This document shows, piece after piece, positions 56,653-64,000 of a stretch of 64,000 nt of DNA. The notes beneath the pieces are model-generated. The model worked only from the letters and a program-made list of their open reading frames with translations, was not told where the DNA came from and searched no databases. Numbering within the stretch: position 1 is the first letter of the stretch; each line of letters opens with the position of its first letter. Source of the DNA: Polyangiales bacterium (lineage in GTDB: Bacteria > Myxococcota_A > Polyangia > Polyangiales > Ga0077539); contig JBGARZ010000019.1 of assembly GCA_044229975.1 (NCBI GenBank), forward strand, positions 64,001-128,000. The letters run 5' to 3'. A program made the translations under genes and the position numbers.

Positions 56653-59403
56653 TCACCCTTCCCGTGACCTCCGCGCCGCCTTCAGCGCCGCCATCGTTGA
56701 CGCCCCACCCTCCGCCTTCTCTGCCCTCTTCCTCTCCCGCGTCTGCGCCTTCTCTCGCGGCCGCTCCCGCTTCGTCGCCACCCGCTGGGCCCGCAGCGCG
56801 TCCACCGTCGTCGGTGCCCTCTTCTCCGTCGCCGCCGCTGCCACCACCACTCTCGTCGCCGATGGTACGGCCACCGAACCAACTCGCCGCAACCGCTTCT
56901 CCACTGCCCCGACGCCTCGCTCCCATCTTCCCGGCAGTCCCAGTCGTCGCAGCAACACCGCCGCCACGCCCAAAGCCAGCGCCACCCGCAGTAGCCACGG
57001 CCCCAGCGGCGTCTCCCCGTACCGCGGCTCACCCCGCGCCTCAAACACCGCCGCGCCCGACGAGAGCACCCGTCCGCCCGTCAGCGCCGCGATGCGCTCC
57101 AGCGCCGCAGGGTCGTCCGCCGCGCGAAACTCCTCCGCCGCCGTCCGCAGCGCGCCCGCCGTCGCCACCAGCGCGCCGCTCGCCTCGTCGCGCACCGCCA
57201 CCGCATACGCGCCCCGCGCCGCGATGGGCAGGTCGGCGGCGTACGTTCCGGCGCCCGCCGGGTCGAGCGCCACGTCGCGCGTGCTCCCGTCGGGCAGCGC
57301 CACCCGCGCCGTCAGTCGTCGCAGGCCGTCGGCCCGCCCCTCGGCGTCCGTCGCCGTCGCTCGCACCTGCAATACACCGCCCGTCGCGTCGGCCTCCGCG
57401 CGCACCCGGCCGTCGTCCTGCCGCGCCAGCGAGCGCGCCAGCGAGGCCCACAGCCGACCCGTTCCGGGCCAGGTCAGCCACGCGGCGCCCCAGCGGTCCT
57501 TCGCGTCGGACGTAAACACCGCGACGTGCCCGACGCCCGCGGCCCACGTCGCCAGCAACGGGTCGCCCTCCGCCGCGCGCAGCAGCACCGCGCCTCGCGG
57601 CTTCGGCAGCGTCACCACGTAGCCGCCGAGCGTCGGCGCCGTCGCGAAGTCGAGCCCCGCGGTCACCGTGTCGGGCACGGCTGGCGCCGCGCGAAAGGGC
57701 TGCTCCCGGATGGCAGCCCGCGTCGCCAGGATGGTCTCCTGCGAGAACACCGTCGGCAGCCGCAGCGCGTCCTCCACCAGGTAGAAGCGACCGTGGCCCT
57801 CGCGCGAGAGGTGCTCCAGCTCGGGCGTGTCCGCGCCCCGGCCGAGCGACACCACGCTGGTCGTGATGCCCTCGCGAAAGGCTTCTCCCACGGTGCGCGC
57901 GCAGCCCGCCATATCCTCGGCGTCGTCGCCGTCGGCGAAGAGCAGCAGGTGCCGCAGGTCGGTGTGCGCCCCGCGCAGCGCCGCGTACGCGTCGTGGAGC
58001 GCCGTCGGAACAATGATCCCGCCGCCGCCCGCCGCCACCGCGCGGATGCGGCGCAGCACCGGTTCGAGGTTGTCGACGGCGCCGAGCGGCATCGTCCACC
58101 GGGTACTGGTGTCGACGTGGGCGACGCCGAGCAGATCGCTCTCTCCCAGCAACAGCGCGCTGCGAGCGGCGGCCTCGTTGGCCAGCCGGATCTTGGTGTA
58201 CCCGCCCACCACCGCCGTCATCGAGCCGGAGTAGTCGATGGAGATCACCTCCGCGAGCGACGCCCGACGACGCTCCTGCCGCAGATCGAAGGACACCGGC
58301 GAGATCTCTTCGACGGGCGTTCGCGCGTAGCCGCCAGGGCCGAGCGAGCGGTCGCCGCCCAGCAGCCACAAGCCTCCGCCGAGGTCGCGCACATAGGTGC
58401 GAAGCCACTCCATCTGCTCGGTCGAGAGCGCTCGCGCGGGGACGTCCGACAGCACCACGAGGTCGTACGCCGCGAGGCCCGCGAGGTCCGTCGGGAAGCC
58501 GAACGGCCCCGCCTCGACCACGCGCATCCCGCCGTGCCGCAAAGCCTCCGCGAGCGGCGCCGAGGCCCCGGCGTCGCCCTCCATCAACAGCACCGACGCG
58601 GGCCCCCGCACCCGCACGAACCAACCGCCGCGGTTGTCCTCGGGCACCCGATCGAGCGTCGGGTCGCGCGGGATCACCTCCACCTCGTAGCGATGCATCC
58701 CCGGCGCGGGCGCCGTCTCGGGCAGGGAGAGCAACCCTTCGCCCGCATCGAGCCGCGCGCGCCCGCGGTGCACGACTGCTCCGTCGAGGGAGACCCGCAC
58801 GTCGACCTCGCACGCCTCCGTCGAGAAGGTCACTACCCGCAGGTCGAAGGCCTCAGCCTCGTCGAGCCGCGAGGGCGCTCGCACGGACGTCACCCGCAGC
58901 TCCCGCCGCGACGTCGCCCGCAGCGGAAACACGTCCACCGGAACCCCCGCCGCCGTCGCCCGCGCCGCCGCCGCGAGGGCGTCTCCGCGGTTGCCCGCCC
59001 CATCGCTCACCAGCACGATGCGGGCGGCGGTGTCGGCGGGTCGTTCGGAGAGCGAACGATCGATGGCGGCGGCGAGGTCGGTGCCGTCGCGATCGACGGA
59101 GACGAGCTGCGACGAGGACGTCAGCGCTCGCTCGTGGAGGGACTGTTCGGTGGCGGCCCCGGCGCCGAAGACCACGCGCCCCAGGCGATCGCCGTCGCGC
59201 ATGCGGGCGACGGCCTCGGCCTCGAAGCGGCTGGCGCGAGCGTCGGCGTCGGGAACGCGCTCCAACGAGCGCGAACGATCGACGGCGAGGACGACGGTGA
59301 GGTGGTCGTGGCGATGGCGCCAGTGCGGGTCGACGAACGCGGCGACGGAGAGGGCACCGGCGAGGCCGAGGAGCGCGAAGGCGAGGCGGTCGGTGCGCGT
59401 CAC
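56653..59403 (-). CDS. Double VWA-domain protein with GATase-like domain and C-terminal TM
   Basis: MIDAS motifs DRSRS and DYSGSM, LVSDG, YDLVVLSDVP..GGGL. GTG 59403 overlaps the upstream TGA. Confidence 0.85.
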   Translation of the reverse strand: MTRTDRLAFALLGLAGALSVAAFVDPHWRHRHDHLTVVLAVDRSRSLERVPDADARASRFEAEAVARMRDGDRLGRVVFGAGAATEQSLHERALTSSSQLVSVDRDGTDLAAAIDRSLSERPADTAARIVLVSDGAGNRGDALAAAARATAAGVPVDVFPLRATSRRELRVTSVRAPSRLDEAEAFDLRVVTFSTEACEVDVRVSLDGAVVHRGRARLDAGEGLLSLPETAPAPGMHRYEVEVIPRDPTLDRVPEDNRGGWFVRVRGPASVLLMEGDAGASAPLAEALRHGGMRVVEAGPFGFPTDLAGLAAYDLVVLSDVPARALSTEQMEWLRTYVRDLGGGLWLLGGDRSLGPGGYARTPVEEISPVSFDLRQERRRASLAEVISIDYSGSMTAVVGGYTKIRLANEAAARSALLLGESDLLGVAHVDTSTRWTMPLGAVDNLEPVLRRIRAVAAGGGGIIVPTALHDAYAALRGAHTDLRHLLLFADGDDAEDMAGCARTVGEAFREGITTSVVSLGRGADTPELEHLSREGHGRFYLVEDALRLPTVFSQETILATRAAIREQPFRAAPAVPDTVTAGLDFATAPTLGGYVVTLPKPRGAVLLRAAEGDPLLATWAAGVGHVAVFTSDAKDRWGAAWLTWPGTGRLWASLARSLARQDDGRVRAEADATGGVLQVRATATDAEGRADGLRRLTARVALPDGSTRDVALDPAGAGTYAADLPIAARGAYAVAVRDEASGALVATAGALRTAAEEFRAADDPAALERIAALTGGRVLSSGAAVFEARGEPRYGETPLGPWLLRVALALGVAAVLLRRLGLPGRWERGVGAVEKRLRRVGSVAVPSATRVVVAAAATEKRAPTTVDALRAQRVATKRERPREKAQTRERKRAEKAEGGASTMAALKAARRSREG

Positions 59404-61268
59404 GCGGGCCTCGATCGGCGGGCGAGGTGCACGAGGTCGGCCGCCCAGGCGAGCGCGGCGAGGAGCGCGAAGATGCGGGTGAGCTCGACGGGCTCGGGGA
59501 GCGTCGGGGCATCGCGGACGGTAGGGGCGGCGATGTCGAGCGGCCGGTCGCGGAGGTCGGCCTCGGACTCGGAGAGCAGGTTGACGGGGACGAGGGTCTC
59601 GCGACGGGCTGATCGCACCCGATAGAAGCCGGCGCGGGCGGTGTCGGCGAGGACGGCGGTTGCGGGGAGGGCCGCGAAGGCGACGGGACCGTCGGGACCC
59701 ACGACGGCAGTGGGGACATCGCCCGATGGGAGGTCGACGCGGGCCGTGTCGCCGGTGCGAAAGCGTGGCGCGAAGGCGGCCGCGCGGTGGGCGCGGGCGA
59801 GCTCCACCACGTTGCGAAGAAACACCACGAACGACGCCCGCAACGGCCAGTCGGAGCTGCCGGGGTCGACACCGACGACGGTGACGGTGCGGTCGGCGAG
59901 GCCCGCGTCGGCGGCGAGCACGAGCGACCCCGCGCGGACGAGCGCCGTGGCGCGCCCTGGGAGGGCGAGCGGCCGGGCCGCCGCGAGATGAACGCCGTCC
60001 ATGGTGAGGAAGCGCCAGCGCGGGTCGGTGGTGGCGAAGGACGTGATGGCCGGGGCGTCGACCTCGGGCAGCACCGTGAGCCCCACGCAGGGTCCAGTTG
60101 GTGGAGAGAGCACGAGCGTCTCGCGTGCGGGGAGCACCGCGGGACAGGTGTCCTGCAACACCAGCAGCGCATCCGCAGGGAGCGACGCGGGGATGGAACT
60201 CCCGGCGAGCGTGAGCTGCGCCGAGGGGTCGGCGCCGAGCGCGCGGACGACCCACGGATCGGGCTCGCGAGCGACGAGCACCACCGGGATCGACGGTGGC
60301 GGCGGGATGCGGGCGAAGGCGACGTTGTCCGCGGCGAGCGCGTCGTCGGGGGAGAGCACGACGCGCACCGGGCGCCCGACGTCGCTCGGCGTGACGGGGA
60401 GGAGGATGGCGAGCGGGGTGCGTGCGCCCGGCGCGATGGCGGCGCGGGCCTCGGCGAGCACCGCACCACTGACGGCGTCACGGACGCTGATGGAAGCGTC
60501 GGCGGAGTGTGCCGAGAAGCTCGCGATGAGGGCGTGCACCTGCGCGACGGGTCGGCCGTTGGCGTCGAGGACGGAGCGCACGTCGAGGCGCACGAGGGCG
60601 AGGTTGTCGACGGGGTGTCCCACCCGTGCGAGCTCGATGGGCAGGGTGTCATCGGCGGGAGCGCCCCCGCGAGCGAGCGCGCCGTCGGTGACCACGAGCA
60701 GTCGGCGGAGCCCAGGGAGCGGGCGCAGGCGGTCGGCGGCGAAGCGAACCGCGGCGGCGAGGTCGCCCTCGCACTCGGTGGGTTCGAGCGCGGAGAGGGC
60801 GCGGTCGAGGGCCGCACGGTCGCGGGTGAGGGGAGATCGTACGGTGGGCGAACGATCGGCCGAGACGAGCATCACCTCGGCGTCAGAGGGCAGCGACCGG
60901 AGGCGGGTGCGGGCGGCGCGGAGGGCGGCGGCCCAGCGCAGGCCATCGGCATCGTGGGCGCCCATGGAGGCGCTGGTGTCGAGGACGAGCGCGACGCGGG
61001 TGGGGAGCGATCCGGCGGAGCGCGTCGGGCGGGCGAGGGCGAGGGCGGTGAGGGCGACGGCGAGGAGTTCGAGGAGGAGGGAGAGCTCGCGGGGTGGTGG
61101 TTGCCACGGGCGGCGGGCGCGGGACTCCGGGGCGACGTCGCGCCAGAGCTTGAGCGAGCTGACGCGCACCCGCTGACGCCGCGACTTGAGCAGATACACC
61201 GCGAGCACGGGGACGCCCGCGAGCAGCGCGAAGAGTCCGGCGGGGTTGAGCAGCGCGACGCCCGCCAT
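59400..61268 (-). CDS. BatA-type N-terminal/VWA domain membrane protein
   Basis: LLNPAGLF..P.L..YLLK...SSLKLW, LALARP, VLDTSASM and VVTDG. Confidence 0.88.
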   Translation of the reverse strand: MAGVALLNPAGLFALLAGVPVLAVYLLKSRRQRVRVSSLKLWRDVAPESRARRPWQPPPRELSLLLELLAVALTALALARPTRSAGSLPTRVALVLDTSASMGAHDADGLRWAAALRAARTRLRSLPSDAEVMLVSADRSPTVRSPLTRDRAALDRALSALEPTECEGDLAAAVRFAADRLRPLPGLRRLLVVTDGALARGGAPADDTLPIELARVGHPVDNLALVRLDVRSVLDANGRPVAQVHALIASFSAHSADASISVRDAVSGAVLAEARAAIAPGARTPLAILLPVTPSDVGRPVRVVLSPDDALAADNVAFARIPPPPSIPVVLVAREPDPWVVRALGADPSAQLTLAGSSIPASLPADALLVLQDTCPAVLPARETLVLSPPTGPCVGLTVLPEVDAPAITSFATTDPRWRFLTMDGVHLAAARPLALPGRATALVRAGSLVLAADAGLADRTVTVVGVDPGSSDWPLRASFVVFLRNVVELARAHRAAAFAPRFRTGDTARVDLPSGDVPTAVVGPDGPVAFAALPATAVLADTARAGFYRVRSARRETLVPVNLLSESEADLRDRPLDIAAPTVRDAPTLPEPVELTRIFALLAALAWAADLVHLARRSRPA

Positions 61269-61277
61269 ACGGTGACC

Positions 61278-62144
61278 TCAGCGCCCCTGGTCGGGTCGGA
61301 GGAGGGCGCGCACGGCCTCGATGGCGGGCTCGTCGCCGAGGGCGCGCACGAGACGCACCCCGCGCGACCGCGCCGCGTCGTCGAGAGAGTCGCACCAGCG
61401 GGCGAAGCGTTCACGGTAGCGCGCGAGCACGGCGGTCGTGGCGGTGAGGGGCAGGATCTCTCCGGTCTCGGCGTCTTCGAGGTCGAGGTCGCCGTCGAGG
61501 GTGGGCGCTGCGTCCTCGCGCGAGAGAACATGGACCACGCGCAGGTCGTGGTGGCTGGCGTCGAGGTCGCGCGCGAAGGGAGCAGTGTCGCTGCTGTCGA
61601 GGAGGTCGCTGAGGACGACCACCATCGACGATCGAGCGGGGCGCAGGGCGAGGGCGAGGGCGCGTGGGAGGTCGGTGGTTCCGCCGGGGCGGAGGTCGAC
61701 GAGGGAGCGGAGGAGCGAGGGGACGGCGGCGCGTCCGCGGTCGGGTCGTCGACGGGCGTCGGGCTCGCTCGCGAAGGGAACGATCTGCACGCGCTCGCCG
61801 CCCTGTAGCGCGAGGTACCCGAGGCCGGCGGCGATGCGGGCGGCGTGGGAGAGCTTGGGTCCCTCCATGGAGGCGCTGGTGTCGATGAGCACCCGCACGA
61901 GGACGTCTTCTTCCGCGCGGAGGTTGCGGGTCACGGGCTCGCCGGTGCGGGCGAAGGCCATCCAGTCGACGCGCCGGAGGTCGTCGCCAGGTGCGTAGGG
62001 GCGGTGGTCCTGAAACTCCTGGCCCGAGCCGCGGTGCCGGGTGCGGTGGTCGCCCGCCGTCCCCGCGGCGAAGCGCGGCGAGAGGTGGCGTCGCAGCAGA
62101 TCGAGCTCGCGGCGATAGTCCCCATCGAGTAGATCGTCCGTCAT
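61278..62144 (-). CDS. DUF58 family protein
   Basis: GSGQEFQDHRPYAPGDDLRRVDW, IDTSASM and VVLSD. Confidence 0.93.
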   Translation of the reverse strand: MTDDLLDGDYRRELDLLRRHLSPRFAAGTAGDHRTRHRGSGQEFQDHRPYAPGDDLRRVDWMAFARTGEPVTRNLRAEEDVLVRVLIDTSASMEGPKLSHAARIAAGLGYLALQGGERVQIVPFASEPDARRRPDRGRAAVPSLLRSLVDLRPGGTTDLPRALALALRPARSSMVVVLSDLLDSSDTAPFARDLDASHHDLRVVHVLSREDAAPTLDGDLDLEDAETGEILPLTATTAVLARYRERFARWCDSLDDAARSRGVRLVRALGDEPAIEAVRALLRPDQGR

Positions 62145-63475
62145 CGAACGACCTCCCGCGCTCGCCGCGCGCCGAACCACGCCAGCGTGACGAGCAGCGT
62201 GCCGTACCCGTACACGTTGCGCATCGTGTGGTGAGCCGCCTCTCGCCACCCGAGGGCTCCAGGCACGCGGGCTTCGTGGGCGATGAGCTCCAGCGCGCCG
62301 AGCGGAGAGAGCGGGGTGGCCCAGGCGCCGTCGGGTCCGAGCAATTCGCGGATCATCGGCGGGACCGCGCACCACGCGACGACGGCCCCGAGGGCGACGA
62401 GGGCGCCGCGTCGGGGAGAGAGGCGGCGCAGCGTCGAGGCGACGAGCAGCACGCTGGCGGCGACGGCCACGCTCGCGATGGCGCTGTCGGGGAGCCAGCG
62501 GGCGGCATCGAGGCCGGTCGCACCGACGCATCCGAGGAGGGCGGCGCCTCCGAGCGCCACGAGGAGACAGAGCTCATCGTCGAGGGCGGTGAGGGCGAGC
62601 GACGTCCAGGCGACGAGGGCGGCGTGCAGGCACGCGAGGCGGTCGAGCGGGCGCGTCACGGCGTGCACCGCGAGGGCCATGGGAACAGCGAGGAGCGAAC
62701 CCGCGAAGAGCGCGACGCGCCACGAAGGGCGGGCCGGTACGAGCCGCCGGGCGGCGACATCGAGGAGCCACGGGGTGGAGGCGCCGACGACCCACCACGG
62801 GGCGAAGACACCCACGCGGCGCAGCGCGGTGGAGGCGCGGCCGTCGGTGAGGAGGGCGATCCACCAGAGGGTTCCGTGCGGGGCGATGTGGCGCGGGGAG
62901 AGCACCACGTCGGCCGCGGAGTGACCGAGCGCGTGGTTGCCCGCCGCGCCGAGCAGCGTCACCGCGAGCGCCGCGCGACGGGGAGAGGCGGAGGCCACGC
63001 CGACGAGCGCGCCGAGGGAGGCACACGCGAGGGTCGAGGCGAGGGCGCTCGCGAGCAGCGACGCAGGGAGCGGGCGGTAGAAGAAGGAGAGCGTGACCAT
63101 CGGGCTCGCGAGCGCGGTGAGCGCAGCGGCGTGGGCAGCGGCGCGCAGGGCGACCGCGAGGGCGATGTCGGCGCCGGCAGCGCCCGCGAGGAGCAGGTGG
63201 TCGAGCCAGCCTTCGCGACGGAGGCGGGCGATGGTGGCGCTGGCGAAGAGCGCACCGAGCGCGAGCGCGACGAGGTGGAGCGCGCCAAAGGTGCGATGGA
63301 AGAGGCGATCGCCGAGCGCATCGGGCCGCGCCCACGCGGGCATGCGCTGCACCTCGACGGCCGCGACACCGGTGATCGCGACGACGGTGACGGAAAGCGC
63401 ACCGAGCACCCGCGGCGGTCGATCGAGCGCGTCGAGGGCGCGGAGGAGCCGGGCGACCTTGAGGACTGTGATCAC
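62141..63475 (-). CDS. Polytopic membrane protein, probable ABC-2-type permease
   Basis: Many TM segments and A.IARLRREGWLDHLLL pattern; coupled to the ABC ATPase gene. Confidence 0.6.
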   Translation of the reverse strand: MITVLKVARLLRALDALDRPPRVLGALSVTVVAITGVAAVEVQRMPAWARPDALGDRLFHRTFGALHLVALALGALFASATIARLRREGWLDHLLLAGAAGADIALAVALRAAAHAAALTALASPMVTLSFFYRPLPASLLASALASTLACASLGALVGVASASPRRAALAVTLLGAAGNHALGHSAADVVLSPRHIAPHGTLWWIALLTDGRASTALRRVGVFAPWWVVGASTPWLLDVAARRLVPARPSWRVALFAGSLLAVPMALAVHAVTRPLDRLACLHAALVAWTSLALTALDDELCLLVALGGAALLGCVGATGLDAARWLPDSAIASVAVAASVLLVASTLRRLSPRRGALVALGAVVAWCAVPPMIRELLGPDGAWATPLSPLGALELIAHEARVPGALGWREAAHHTMRNVYGYGTLLVTLAWFGARRAREVVR

Positions 63476-64000
63476 GGCGCCTCCCCCATGCGGTGGTCGG
63501 CGGTGAGGGAGAGCACGCGGTCGCAGGCGTCGGCGAGCGCGTCGAGCTGCGACGAGGCAACGAGCACGGCCTTGCCGAGCGAGGCGAGGGTGACGAGGAA
63601 ATCCGCGAGGTCGTCGCGGGCGGCTCCGTCGAGTCCGAGCGCAGGGTCGTCGAGGAGCAGCAGCGAGGGGTCGGGGAGGAGGGCGCGGGAGAGTTCGAGG
63701 CGCCGGCGCTCACCGAGGCTGAGGGCGCGGCCGCGAACGTCGGCGCGGTCGAGGAGGTCGGTGAGTTCGAGGGCGCCGTCGAGGTCGTCGTCGCTGCGGT
63801 CGTAGAGGGCGGCCGCGGCGCGGAGGTACGCGCGCACGGTGAGGCCGTCGGGACAGCCGTGCGACGGCGAGACGTAACCGATGTGGGGGCGCTGCGCGGC
63901 GTGGGCGCGGCGGTCGAGGTCGTCGAGGGAGACGGTTCCTGAGGTGGGGGAGAGCAGGGTGCTCGCGACGCGCAGGAGGGTGGATTTGCCTGAGCCGGTC
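63472..64000 (-). CDS. ABC transporter ATP-binding protein (5' end outside the window)
   Basis: Hand translation from the right edge: TGSGKSTLL (Walker A), LSLGERRRL, LLLLDDPALGLD. Confidence 0.85.
   Translation of the reverse strand, partial: TGSGKSTLLRVASTLLSPTSGTVSLDDLDRRAHAAQRPHIGYVSPSHGCPDGLTVRAYLRAAAALYDRSDDDLDGALELTDLLDRADVRGRALSLGERRRLELSRALLPDPSLLLLDDPALGLDGAARDDLADFLVTLASLGKAVLVASSQLDALADACDRVLSLTADHRMGEAP

Overview
High-GC (~70%+) bacterial DNA with strong Myxococcota, probably Polyangiales-like, hallmarks: a MYXO-CTERM-type surface protein, Cys-rich lipoproteins, an Hanks kinase with a PEGA-like domain, and an OmpA protein with TSP3 repeats. About 55 real CDS are supported. Most other ORFs in the track are GC-rich shadow frames. 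I saw no rRNA, tRNA, CRISPR array, integrase or transposase. Recognisable loci are panB-panC, ggt, exbB-exbD-tonB-TBDR-lipoprotein, a deoxynucleoside kinase, and an ABC/DUF58/VWA operon. The best candidate for a new system is a 151-aa peptide (16705-17160) with an acidic leader, a Tat/lipoprotein signal and three near-identical QTG(V/I)TD(G/A)DSGxY(A/S)D cores, 36 bp upstream of a ROX/JmjC 2-oxoglutarate oxygenase, which suggests a RiPP-like pair. Other notable items: a coupled GNAT / HHxxxDG acyltransferase / methyltransferase / desaturase operon; an 11-bp-phased Pho-box-like array before the TonB system; a duplicated 34-bp TTGACA-N19-TAGCGT promoter bracketing a lipoprotein+PIN cassette; a recurring leaderless-promoter signature; and three unrelated non-coding palindromic elements. 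All product calls come from reading motifs by eye. No database search was run.
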